A DNA stretch of 64,000 nt. It comes from Zancudomyces culisetae HAW-14-8 (Eukaryota > Fungi > Kickxellomycota). Numbering within the stretch: the first letter of the stretch is position 1; each line of letters opens with the position of its first letter. A program made the position numbers and the translations under genes. Location of the stretch: assembly GCA_052426225.1 (NCBI GenBank), contig JBNJNM010000011.1, positions 5,146,001 through 5,210,000 on the forward strand, read 5' to 3'. This document shows positions 13,417 through 26,800 of this stretch, in pieces. The notes under the pieces are model-generated. The model had not been told where the DNA came from, ran no database searches, and was given only the letters and a program-made list of their open reading frames with translations.

Positions 13417-14154
13417 TTAAATGAGTAGTGCGAGTAAAAAGAGTTCTGTAATGGCAAATACAAATGACTTTATCGAAAACGAAGATAACATGGAAATCCT
13501 GGAGTCACATCCCGACTCACTGGCTAAGTTTATTATGGTAGTGCTGTATCTTTGAGTGTTTTGGCATCTATCGGTATTTTTTGGTTTCAATACAAAGTAA
13601 TTCGCGCCGATTATGTTCATATTGCAATCAGATGCAAACTTTTGGATATTAAAATTGTCTCTAGATCCGGGTGTTGCAATGGAGGGAGTCATATATGATT
13701 GAGCTGCAAGCACAAATACGTACGTTTCTGGTGAACAGGCGACGGGATACTCAGGAGGATTATAGGGAATCCCAGTGTCGTTTCCCAAATTTATATAGAG
13801 GTTTGGAATATTGACATTCAGATAGTATAGTTTGTGGTTTAAGGTAGAGTTCTGGCTTACTTTTAGTAGAGCCAAAGTATAGTAGCCTCGTGGTTTAGTA
13901 GCGTAGTTAAATGATGGCAATTTGGAAGTTTGGTTTTTTGCTGGATCGAGCTCTGTCCCGAGTACTACTGAAATGTCGGTATAGTCTACCAGGAGGTTTG
14001 TAGTCGGAAAAAAATCCTCGGAGAGGACAGTAGGGATGATTCCGCTTTTTTCGAGCCGTGAGAGAATTGTTTCTTGGTTGTATGTCTGGGAACGTACAAA
14101 GCTCTGATATCCGTAAAGTAATAGCAGCCATGCCTGCATTAACTTGGTTCTCAT
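13417..14154 (-). CDS. Secreted, probably GPI-anchored PEBP-family protein with degenerate ligand pocket
   Basis: Signal peptide; LEKSGIIPTVL..FPTTNLLVDY..LGTELDP, YYTLAL, LNVNIP, YNPP, YVFVLAAQ, RDNFNIQKFA, IGANYF are PEBP hallmarks. Hydrophobic C-terminus follows an SESG small-residue site. Confidence 0.75.
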   Translation of the reverse strand: MRTKLMQAWLLLLYGYQSFVRSQTYNQETILSRLEKSGIIPTVLSEDFFPTTNLLVDYTDISVVLGTELDPAKNQTSKLPSFNYATKPRGYYTLALLKVSQNSTLNHKLYYLNVNIPNLYINLGNDTGIPYNPPEYPVACSPETYVFVLAAQSYMTPSIATPGSRDNFNIQKFASDCNMNIIGANYFVLKPKNTDRCQNTQRYSTTIINLASESGCDSRISMLSSFSIKSFVFAITELFLLALLI

Positions 14155-14805
14155 TCTGATAATCTAATTTATACGTACTTTTGGGCCTTTTTGCAATTAA
14201 TTATGAGAGGGAAGAAGAGGGGAGAGACAGAAAAACAGTATATATTCATAATACGCAATCGAGTAAAGCACGAAAATTGAACTATTGAGTGAACGGATGT
14301 GTTATTCTAGTAAGGATAAATCAAGTACGTAATTTGTCAACTAGATGGAAAAATTCTGATAATAAAGAGCATATGTACCAAATATGAGGTAATGATGGCA
14401 AGAGAAAGGGAGGTGGGGGGGGGAGGGGTAAAGGTCAAACCTGTTTACAATTCCCATTCTTATTTTTTTTGTGTAAATCTCTAGTTGATTCGGGGTCTAG
14501 TGAACCTGTATTTATTTTTTCTGGCGTGACAATCAACTTGATATCAAGGGTCTATAGACTTAACAATCGCTAACTTATTTGTGGGTTTATTGAAAAGGGA
14601 TAATCTCAATTGAAAATTGTATTTACCAAGCCATTACTTTGACATAAACGGAAACAATGGTGAAAGCTTGACCAATTTTCACAAGGTATTGAAGTGTTAC
14701 TATTATATCCTAGGGTTATTCTGTGAGTTTATAAAAATAGCAGTTAAATAGTGTAATGAATAGTAGGTTAGTGAATAAACAAATAGAGTAAAATAAGATA
14801 AACGT

Positions 14806-14859
14806 AGAAAACAGAGAAAACAGAGAAAGCAGAGAAAATAGAGAAAATAGAGAAAATAG
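14806..14859. repeat. 9-bp tandem repeat (AGAAAAYAG)x6 just downstream of the FAS stop codon
   Basis: agaaaacag agaaaacag agaaagcag agaaaatag agaaaatag agaaaatag. Confidence 0.85.
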
Positions 14860-14887
14860 AAAAGACAGAAAAAAAGGTCGAAAAAAC

Positions 14888-17800
14888 TCAGGTGACAACC
14901 AAGGCACAAGCTATGGCCGAATCATCAGTATGGCTAATCGATACAACCACATTTACAATGCCATGTTCCTTCAGATACGCAGATATGGGTTGATTCAAAA
15001 CCACCTTGGGTGCGCCACTTCCCCCTTGTTCAGTTGGAACGGCCCTTATTTCGACATCAGAGTTGGATAGTTTTTTAATACATCCCAAAGATGGAGAGGA
15101 TTCGGGAGAGGATACCTTACAGATTTTTTCAAGATAATCGTATATGGAGTTCAGTACTGCAGTCTTTGCAGCTAGTTTTCCGGCAAAGGACGCTCGTGGA
15201 GATGGGCGGGATTTGCAATAGCTGATTTCGAGTTCTGTAAAATGAGTTTGAATAAATTCAGAATCATCGACACTAATCGATTTAATATGTATGATCTCGG
15301 TGTTTGGACGAGGAGTAAAAGTTGGAGTTGATATAGCTTGATGTGGTTGTGGCTGTGGCTGTGATTTAGGAATTTGAGTGTGGGTAATAGAAGCTGGCGC
15401 CCGAGTATCCTGTTCTACAGCGTTCGCAGTAAGAGATTTTATTGTTGCGTACACATGGCTTGGTGTTACTATGGATGTTATTCTATTAGATGTGTTTTGC
15501 TCAGCAGAAATCCTAAAGGTGTCAAACTCAACGCTGTACTCAGCACGAGCGTTTGGATTTAAAAGAATGCTGACTTCATTGGATTCGTCGTAGAGCCTCT
15601 GTTTCTCAGTCAAGTATAGTTTTGTTGTTGTCATGGTGTTGAAAAATATTTTGTTAGCATACATATTTCTTTTAGAAACCTTAGATTTGTATTCAAGATA
15701 TTTATCTTCAGAAATGGATGAGAACAGGTAGTCTGGGTTTAGAACTAAAATTTCGGCCCCAATTTGTCCAAATCCAAGTGATTTCATCAGACATGCTTTT
15801 ATGAAGGGTTTTTTTATAGAACGAGAAGGATGGTATACATAGAAGTGATCCTCAAACTCATTCGAAATATTGTCTGCGTTGTGACTACCAGGAATAACAC
15901 CCGTTAGTATTGACTGTAATACGCCATTAATAGCAAATGCAGCAGCTCCACCCTTTGTATGACCCATTAATCCCTTTTGACTGACGGCCGGACAAACGTT
16001 TCCATAGGTTCTTCCAAGCTTTTTAAACTGTGAGGCTAGAACTTCGGACTCGTTGTTGTCGTTTGCAGCTGTTGAGGTTCCATGACAGTTTACAAAATCA
16101 ATGTCGTCAGCAGTGAGGCCAAATGCGGCTAATGAGCCTCTAATAGGAGAAATGGAGGGGTTTTTAAGCCAAAAGTCATAACTCCAGTAATCCCGAGCGT
16201 TCTTTTTGAGTCTGGAGTACTGATCATTTAGAAAGACAAGTTTAGCGTTAAGTTCAGAAATCTTTTGAGGACTGGTGATATTAATTTCATTCAAGTCGTT
16301 TAAACTTAAAGATTTTGATGAATGTCCCGTGAAATCTGTAATTAAGGTGTTTAATTGATTGGAGAACCAAGAATCCACTTCTTCAAGTCTTTTTTTGAGT
16401 TGGCGCCTTCGATAGCTGATATTTAGCAGAGGATTGATTATAGAGCGCGGGGATTCGCGAACACTAGTAATCAATCCCTTACCAGGGGCGGGAAAAGATC
16501 TTCCAACCTTATCTGAACTTGTTCCAGAATATGCAATAATACCATAAATTGGTAGACCAATTTCCAACGCAGTAGCAGCAGTCATCAAAATTTGGACAGC
16601 AGAGCCTTGGCTGTCCATAAAGCCATGCCGCGTGCTAGTAAATGGTCTACTCATTTCTTTTGCTGTTCTTCCGCAAGCAAAATCCGTTGTAGAATTGGCA
16701 GTAGCTTGCATATTAGCAAACTCCATGGAGCATTCTTCAGTTACATCGTCGTGGCCCCCAGAAAGCATAATTTTGGCTTTTCCTGTTATTAGAGACTGGA
16801 CAGCAATGTCGATGGAAACAGCCCCAGTGGCACAGGTGCCAGATGGAACAACAAACGGACCAGAGGATGGTAGGATATATTTATTCACCCAATTGGCCAT
16901 GGAGCTGCAATAGCACTCATCAAAAACACCACCTTCGATGTATTCACTATTGTAGCGTCTTTTGAGTGTTGTGAAGGCAAGTTTTGAACCACCAACAGCA
17001 GATCCGATAGAATTTCCAATTTCTGAAACATGAACAAACTTGAATAATTCATAGGGATCCTCAATGCCTGCTCGCATGAATGCATCATTGGTTGCAACAA
17101 GACAAAATGCAGTCAAGTCATCAATTCGCTTGCAGATTTCGAGAGGGAGGCCGTACCTTTCAGCAGTCCAGAACTTTGGTACCAAACCAGAGACAAACCA
17201 TTCAAACTTTGAAGCCTTTGGAAGAAAGATCTTTGTACCAGCCAAGAAACGCACAAACCAGTCATCGCCACTACCCTTCCAGATTTCCACAGTCTCCTTG
17301 TGTTTGAGTTTGAAGTAGCGAGCCTCCTCTTCTGTTGTTTTTATTGGCTTCATCTTTTCATGAATAACAACTTCGCGGATAACTTTTCTGCAATCTGGAT
17401 CATAACCTTCCAAGAGTTCGGGATCAACTCGTCTAAGTCCGCTGTGTTCAGTTATCAATTTACCATAAATCAGCTTAATCTTTGTATCCTCAACAGGGTC
17501 ACCAGATTTTGCATCGACCCAACCCTGGTATCGCTGGCCGTTTGGAAGAGTACCACGATGGTATCTTATGAAACCCATAATCCAGCCCAACATAATACAT
17601 CCATCATTTGAATATTCGTCATGGATTTCCATATCCCACCGAGTCTCTGCGCTTCCAAATGGCCCAACTTCACCAAACCCTACAACCACTACAGTCTTAT
17701 CGAGGTTTAGCATTTCACCAACACCAAATTTTTCTTTTAGCTCCGAATAGTCTCGTAGTTTTGGAAAATCTATTCTGAGATTTGAGCGTTGCTTGATTTC

Positions 17801-20800
17801 AACTTGTTTATATATATCCTCGACATTCTCACCTTCTGTCGTTTTGAAATCAAACGAAGTTTCATATTTTATTTGCTTTTGAATCAGGCTTTGATTGATT
17901 AAATCCTGTCGAATCATAAATGTTTTTTTGCTGAACTCGAGAATAAACCCAAACCCACCGCTAATATCTGCATAAATTGGTCGTTCATCACAAAGCCTTC
18001 GAATCTCTGGATGCAAAAGCCCAAGAACATTAAAAGCAACCTCCTTAGTCGAAAATGTCTTTCCTCCTTGTTTCTCCATCCCTTCAGCAAGAATATTGTT
18101 CTGGTTCATAAGCCCAGTTCCGCGTGCCCAACCTACAACTACACCCGCAATCGATATATATTCCCCCCAGGATTCGGCAGCCCACTTGTCAAACAATGTC
18201 TCCAGACCGATCTTGCTTTCAGCATACAGCCCATCTCCACCAAAACCGCCATGGTTGAGTGACAACGGCACGAAAACCATTGTCGAACGCATTTTTATCC
18301 CGTATTTCTCTTTGTTAATTTTGACTCTTCCAATTAGCCGCAGTATATTTACCATCATTGTTCTGTGTGCCACCTCTGAAACTGAATCTAGATTTGTGAT
18401 GTCTTTACCTACTTCTGACATTGCACCAAATGGCACTACTGCATCTAAAATCATTCCTAACCCTCTGCTCTTCTTTGGTAGAAATATGTAATCAACTAGT
18501 GAATTAACATCCTGTTGTGACGACTGATTAAAAGGAAGTAGTGTTAAACTGGAACCCTTGGAGCCATACTTTTTATACAACTTTTCAAACCGTTTGGCCG
18601 CCGAATAGCTGAATTTTGATGTTGTGGCAATGACATTTGCGCCACCCATCAATAATGCTTTTACAATTTCTATTCCTATAGAGCCTTTTCCACAACCAGT
18701 AACTAACACATTTTTACTAGCAAATGTAATTCCATTGAATGAAATATCCAGTAATGCACCAAGGTAATACAGCGTACTTGCTTTATCATAATTGAATGTG
18801 TCGTATCTATGACGCCGTCGAAGATGTAAGAAGGGTAAACGGTCTTTGTAAATCATTGAATCTGCAAACTTTACATAATCCTCAAACAAAAGACCAGACT
18901 TAATATGTGTCTTTTCAACATTGTTCAGTGTCCTGATCTTGGTTTTAAAACCATCAGTTTTGTTTTTAACATTGCGAATTTCATTTGATATTTTCTCGAG
19001 ATCGTCGCTAGTGAGTTTTTCTGGCAAGTTTAGTGCGGCCGAGAGTTTATGGAGCAGCTCTTCAGTAAGCAGATGCTGTTCGTTTTGTTCGTCAAATCTG
19101 TCTCCAGTATCTATACCAAATGTCATTGAGTTTATATAATCAATAATGTCGTTTATTCCTTCACGCTGCACCTCATTATACTCAATATCACCCTTATTTG
19201 AAATGGTTGTCTTGGGTCCATAATACTGCATAATTCCATAATAAAGTGGACTCTTATCGACAGCCATCTCGCAGCTCTCCAACAAATCACTCAAAAACAA
19301 CTTGAGTTGAACTATGTTGTAGTGGTTATGTAGGTTCACCAGCTTGTTGGATTCTAGCAGTTTAATTTTGTATTTAATGGAAGCAACAAGGCGAGGTGTT
19401 GATTTATTCACAAAGTATGGCTTTTCAGAATCCAAATCTCCTGCTTTTACATCAGTTGTCAAATTTAGCGTATCATAAAATACCCGCTCAAGTTGCCATT
19501 CTACCCAGTTCCAGTATGAATCAAATATCCGACACTTGAGTGATGTGAAAATAGGTTTGATTCCGTCACTGTATCGCTCATCGTACTCGGACTCCCAAAT
19601 ATCTAGCTGGTGCTTTGCTTTGCGGTAGCTTGCTTCAATATCATCCAAGGTGGTTAAAGATTCATTGGAAACATCCCTTCCCAAAAAATCTGAAATTGCT
19701 ATTTGCTGAGACGACAATAACTTTTTGTAGTGCGAAACATACTCGTTAAACTCTTTCGAGTCAATGGTAACCCCAGATGTACCAACATTTGATGTTTCAG
19801 ACTTTTGAGAATATTGTATTCCAAATATTTTAGCATATTGATTGGCAACTATTTCCAACCACGAATTCATGTCCTTTTCATTTGCCAATCGGTTTTCAGG
19901 TTCAAATGTAGTTCCCAGCAAAAGCAAACAGTCAGCACGCAATGGACCTAGTCCGTACTTTTTGTTTAGCATTTCCTTGATCTTGGGAATGGTAAATCCA
20001 CCCGGCATCTTTGAGTTTACCAACTTTGACACCCTTACAGATGAAAATGGTCCCAGTCCGCCAGAAGAGTTATTAAGTTGGCCAAAAAGCTCAACCAGTG
20101 GCATTTCCTCAGCCTTATCAGGTAGTTGATTTTGAAACTCTTTTTGTAAATCACTGATTATTTCATTTTGCATTGCTGATTTGCCATTGACTAGGTCCTT
20201 AATAGATTTGGAATCGGAAATATCAGTGTAACCTTTTTTCAGCTTTTGAGCAACTATAGAGGTAATGATTTCACGAGCTGTGATTTTTACATCTTCTATT
20301 TGTGCAGCTACTCCTTGAGATATATTCCCATCGCCAGAACTGTTTTCGAGAGCAGGGCTGTAATGTAGATCAGCTGGTGTTGCTGTTGGTGTTGCTGTTT
20401 CAGCTGGTTTGGTGACTTGTTCACTTGGACGAGACGTTGAAGTCTGTGTGCCTGCAGCTTCACTTTGTTTGTCGGTAGAGAGCTTTTTACTGGATATTGG
20501 AAGAGAGGCGTTTGATTCTTGAGGTTCGTTGGATTCATTTTGTCTGTTGGCGTGATAAATGAATTCTTTATCGCTAATACAATGTAGTATAGTACGCTGG
20601 ATTCCCTCCAAATCGTCTTGATCCTTGAACTTGGCATGTATCGTTCTTGTTGCCATTCCAACCAACACGGAACTGGGCCCGACCTCAATAGCTTGTTCAA
20701 TATTACAGTCTCCGAATATGGTATTTTGAGTTTCAATCCATTGAACAGGGCTGGCAAATTGATATGACAACAGTTCAACCAAAAGAATGTGGCCCAGTCG

Positions 20801-23800
20801 TTGTTTCTCATGTCGATCAGCCAAATGTGATTCGTCCCAATGATCAATGACCTCTCTGAGGTGCGGTGAATGGGTAGCACTGTAGACCATTTCAAAGTAT
20901 GCTTTCGATACAGCAAACATCTTTCCTGTTACATTTGGAATATATCTACGTTCTAGCTGTTCAACTACTACATTTTCCTTTGTGATTGATTTGTGTAGGA
21001 ATTGTCGCATCAGTGGTACCCCCGACAATAGAAAAGAGGAATGGAATGGCACATCAATCCCAGGAATAGGAATGGTACATTTGCTTCGAGTTAGGGATAT
21101 ATACCCATTGCTAGCATTGTACTTTTTATCAGATTTAGCAATTATTTGGCAAATTGTCTTTTCTACAAACGCACTAAATTCTTGCATCATTTCTGTATCA
21201 ACTATATCTTCAGACTCGGTATCATGACTTTTCTTAAATATACCATTTAATTGTTCTTTCTGGTAAAATAGAACATCTGTTACCTGGGAAAATATGTCCA
21301 GTAACACCAGTTCACCAGCAATCACATACTGCCAGTTATAAATGTTGTAGTTTACAATCTCCATTAAACCAGGTCTTTTTTCTTTGATCATATCAACAAC
21401 CTTTTCAAACATCATTTCCATGAATTTTGAAGCTATTCGGCTTGGATTGAAGGCAACCATTCCGTACTTACTGGCTCCCTCCTTATTGCGTTCTACAGAT
21501 AACTGCATGGCCAATCCGCGATAAAACACCAGTTCAATCATTGTTTCTACTTTTACCATTCCACCCATAACCAACAATGCGCAGAATTCTCCAAGTGAAT
21601 GGCCAGCAAATACAAGATCTTTGTGCACAAGGTTGTTGTTCAACATATCCTGCGATGCCGCCATTGCAAAAAGCATAATTGAGGGCTGGGTAAACTGTGT
21701 TGCATTGAGAAGACCTGTTGGCGACCTGAATGTATAGCTTTCACTGCGCTCGTTGATTTCTGGAAAAATACTTATATACTCGGATTCGCCCTGTTTATTG
21801 GTTATTTCGTATCTCATATTTATATACCTGGTTCTAATTTCCTTACCCCTTGAACCCCCAAAATATATAGTCTTTTCGCTTGGGTTCAGTCTGATTATCT
21901 CCAACAACGAGAATCCATATAGATCGTCCATATACTTGTCAACCGAATTCCAGATTTCTTTCACAGCTTCCGAGCCGTTGTACAGATCCACACCCATATT
22001 AACCACTTGCGAACCTTGCCCCGTAAACAGGTAAGCTGTTTTTGGTGGATTTATTTCTGCAACACCCTCCAGTACTTTGTTGCCAATGCTGGTGAATGTT
22101 TCAACTTTGATTATTTTTCGTCCATTGCGCATGCCTACATGTGTTAATTTGGTTTCTAAGGTGTCTCCTGGTAAGACCATGTCCAAAAAGTTCACTTCGT
22201 ACACTGCTACTCGTTCTGGATGGCCCTCTGCAGCGCATGTTTCCACAACTCTTCTGGTCGCAGCTGAAGTCCACATTCCATGAACAATTGTTCCAGGAAG
22301 TCCACTAAGATTGGCAAAGAAGATGTTTGTGTGAATAGGATTGAGATCGGCTGTAACCAGTGCGAATTCCTTATTTGAAATCCGAGTGTGGCTGATTGCC
22401 AAATGTCTCAAATCTTTGGGAATTGCTGAATATCCTCCATCTTCAAAATATTGTGGTTCGTCAAAGGGCTCTCCGTTTCGTTCTAGATATGCCAGTACAG
22501 GATTACCATATGCATGTCCGCTTTCATAATCTACACATCCAACCTCAACAGGAAGGGTGTTTTGAGATAAGACCTCGACCGATCCAACGGTTTTTACGCT
22601 GCTAAACTCCTTGATGCCTTTATATCTCACACTACTAACCAAATTAAAGACAAGTACTGAACCAACTTGAACCAACCGATTATAGTTTTCTCCGGCTATT
22701 AACCATTCTTTACTTTGCAACACCTTCAAATCCTCTTCTGTGTTTAGCGATATTTTTGCCTTGGTTTCGTCTTTTATGCTAAAAGTATTTTGGTAGTCAT
22801 TGAATTTACCTCTGAACAGCGAGCTTGTAACAACTTTGTAATGGGGTACTCCGTCTTTCATTAAAATTCCCTCGGAGGTTGTCATCTTCCCCATTGGGCT
22901 GTTTGTAACTGATAGTAATCTTGCAGTAGCACTTAAATTATCGCTGGTTTTGAGCAGTTGGTAATCACAAAGTGATTCCAGTTTTACCGAGTAGTGTACA
23001 ATGTCAAGCATGTTTGCATCTGCGCAATTGTGTGATGCAGTACAAATTGCTCCCCACAGAATACTGAATACAAAATCCATCGGAATATATGAATAGCCTT
23101 CTATGTTGTTGTATACATACTGATGCGATGTATTATCCACCACTTGACAGAACTTGGCTACATCTTTTGGGCTAACAATAACACTATTTTGAATCACAGT
23201 TCTTTCTCCAGTCTCGTCAACGTGCATGGTATATTGCTCCGGATGATGCACCCATAGCTGTTTATAAAATTCGCTCACCCGTGAATTCCTCTCGTTTACA
23301 ATTTCATGAATCAGAGCGTATGGGGTCTCTGGTTTATATGAAAACTTGAAAAAAACACTATAAGTATTAGCGTCTGGCTTGTCGTTCATAGTGATTGTGA
23401 TTGTTTTATCCTTACATTCATACAATATCTTTATACTTTTGAAATGATGTTCATTTTCAACACACAGCTCCGTAGGATATCCACTATCATCAAAGTGTAT
23501 CGTGGTTGTGGTTTTGGGAATAGGGGCTAGTGTAGATCTAATATTATTTTCTGTAACGTCTTCTCCCCTAACTATTGACCGCGAAAAGAGCAAAGCAGAC
23601 AGCCACGACTGCTTGCCACCACAAAGAACGCTATACCACTCGTCACTTGTAGGCAAACGATCTGTATCATCCTGAAGTAGTTTAAATGTCTTTTTATTTG
23701 CCATCGAAACACACTCAATCGTGCCCGGAAGAGTTTTAGTTGTGTTTACACCAATCTCAACTGAGTATTCGATCTCAGGTACTCTGGTTTCATCACCTTC

Positions 23801-26800
23801 GTACATTGTATTCAAAAGAGAACGAATGTGACTTTGATTGATACCATTCAAGATATCAGAAACTGGTTCATCAACCACGTTTGCATACGAAACGGCCACT
23901 GGCCCCTGTAAAATGCATACTTTCTGTGCATCTTGACCCACTACAGAGTCCAAATATTCTGACTGCCACAAACTGTCCTTTTTAAACCAGGAATCAAGGT
24001 TTTCATCCAAAATGGGAATGAATGGTACTGGCTTTCTGCCAGAAATCTGACATATATCGAGAAAATAATGAATATCTTGCAACAAAATGTGTACATAACC
24101 ACAATCCTTATATGATTCAGTGATGACACTAGTTGCCATCATTGGGTTTAGTATTTGATTTCTGGAATGTAGCACTGAGCTCTGATTTGGTTTACTAAAC
24201 CTTTCTTCAACTCGACGCAAGAAGTCTTCAAAAACGTCCATATATGAGGAATGAATCCATTTATCATTTTTATGATCAAACATCAAATCAACCATCCTAA
24301 ATATAACTTCTGAGTATGTCATCTCTTCCAAATCGCACACATCTCCGTTTTCTTTACGTCCAAACCAAGGCCTTTGATAATCCTTATTGAGCCGCCCAAT
24401 GATATACTCCTTTTTCTGCTTTAAAATCTTTTTTCTCTCCTCGACAGGCAGACTAAAGATGGTTTTATCAAGCTCATCCCAAAGCATCACCGCTCTATTA
24501 GCAATCATATGGATTGGCTGGCCGAGTTCAGAAATCACAGAGATGATCCCACCAGCTGGTCCATTATATGTGTCTGCCCACTTTATATCCGGAACACCGG
24601 GTGTGTCCACTATCAACTGTTTCACTTTATAACTTGTAGGACATTCTTTTGCAACCATCATCCTCGACCCAAGAAGAATACCATCAAATGGCATTCTAGG
24701 TCTTTCATAAGCCATACTCCAGTCACCAGTAATATACGGCAATGTGTCTTTATCGCCACCAAACCCTGATCCCGCGACCAAAACAACGTTTTCGCACATC
24801 CTAATCTCGGCATATGTTTCTAAAATTGGCTGGTGGAAATCTTCGGAGCTATGGTGCCCACCGCCACGCCCGCCTGTCCACTGAAGAATAATATTCATTT
24901 TGGGGTTATTTTTAGCCACTAAAACAACCTGCCTTATAGATTCAGCATTGCCTGGTTTAAAAGAAATATGCTTTATTCCGCATTGAATCATTCCTTCAAT
25001 TAATTCGGTTGATGTTTCCAAACTAGGAACACCTGCCGAAATACAAACTCCATCGATTGGAGCACCCTCGAGTCTCATTCTGTTTAGCAGCGGTAGCTGA
25101 AGACTTGCCATTCTTGCGTTCAAGAAAATTACATTTACTGTGATCCCATCACCTGGTCCAATGTTTCTTCGTATTTTTTCAACCTCCTCTCGTAGTGATG
25201 CCTCAGAATAATGACCTCCACCAGCAAGCTCAATATGATAGCCAGAATTAAGAACAGACGATACAAAATCAGACCCAATAGTCGATGGTGTCATACCAGC
25301 AACCATGATATGGGGCTTTCCTAGAAGTCGTGTCATGCGTGTGTCAAGCATAAGGCTTCCGGTGTACTTATTTTGCACTATTTTTGGTCCAAACTCCTTT
25401 TCCCAGTTTTGACTATATGTCACAGAATTAGGATCGTTGTTTAACAAATCTACAAGTGTTTTTGTATCTTCAGGTATAATTTTATTGGTACTTGCAAAAA
25501 TGACTTGAACACCAGTGCCCAGTTTGTTGTTTGCGGTCAATGAGCCAATTCCTGAAATTCCACCAGGACCAAAGTCAACAATGTGTGTAATGTCTTTTAA
25601 CTCTGTTGCCTTAATCCAGTCTAGTTTCTTTGCGCAGATTTCTTCGATAAGCGTTCTTGTCAGATTCTTACATGTTACCAAACTTCTACCATCAAACGAA
25701 GAATACACTGGAATGAGTAACTCTTCATTTGAAAATTCACAATTGTAAACTTTTGTAAAGCGGACCATTTCCTCAACGTATTTTCTCAGATGTTCGCTAT
25801 GAAATGGGGCCATAATGTTCAAAAACATCGAACTTGGGATATGCGATCGTCTCAGTGACGATGAATCAGTTTTCAAATTCTTGTTTTGTCTTGTGTAAAG
25901 CTCGTTCATTTTTCTTAAAAGCAAAAGGAGCGAGTTTTTGGGACCAGAAACCACAAATGATTTTATTCCATTTCGTATTGAGACATAATTCTTTTTTTCC
26001 GGCTTTAGTCCCTTATTTAGCGAAGCTGTCAAAAGTTTAAGCTCTTGGATACTTATCTTGTCGACCAGCAGCATATTGCTGGGCTTTCCTAAAAATATTT
26101 TTTTATCAATTATCGGAAAGCCCGTGTCAAAGGCGTCATCACGAAGCCTCTTTTGAACGACATTGCCCAGAATTGATAAAATTCCTAGTGCCTTCAATGA
26201 ATTGAAAATATAGCTCTTTTCGTCAGTTGATGATGCAACGGCGACTGCCGCAATAGAGCCCTGGCTATGACCAACAAATCCTTTGAAATAGCCTGAAATA
26301 CATCCTGGTGTAGATGACAGAGATTTATATAGCACCATGTAGCTTATTAGCTGCAATAATCCGATCAACGGAAAGCTAACAGAGACTTGAGAGAAAAACT
26401 GACTATCTGGAACTGGTTCCTTTTGTTCTAACCATTCGAGTATATTAAGCTCCTTTTCAATAGAAATCTCTTGATCTATGGCTTTGAAAATGTTTTTCAA
26501 ATATGTGGATGCCTCCTTAACAAATGGGTAAACCAATGGTCTGTAAGTGTTATAATATTCTTTTATTTCTTCAAAATAGTTGTCTGTAACCCCTTGTCCT
26601 CCAAAAACGCCAAAAAGCCCAACAGTTCCCTGTGAAGCCAACATAAGCAATTTGCTTTTTGTTATACCAAGCTTATCTGAGTCGCCATCTGAGTCGTTGA
26701 TACACTGACTCAGCGTGAAATCTGATTCCACAAACAGTTTAATATATTCTTGTTGCAAATCGTATTCATAGTCTTTTACGCCTACATGTATGTCATTATC

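Noticed and set aside
14703-14909. Two hydrophobic ORFs (FLYFLCFL, SLFSLF)
   Set aside because: Translations of the 9-bp tandem repeat in the FAS 3' region.
15374-26040. Many short track ORFs antisense to or overlapping the FAS
   Set aside because: Shadow ORFs of a long coding sequence with no motifs or independent signals.
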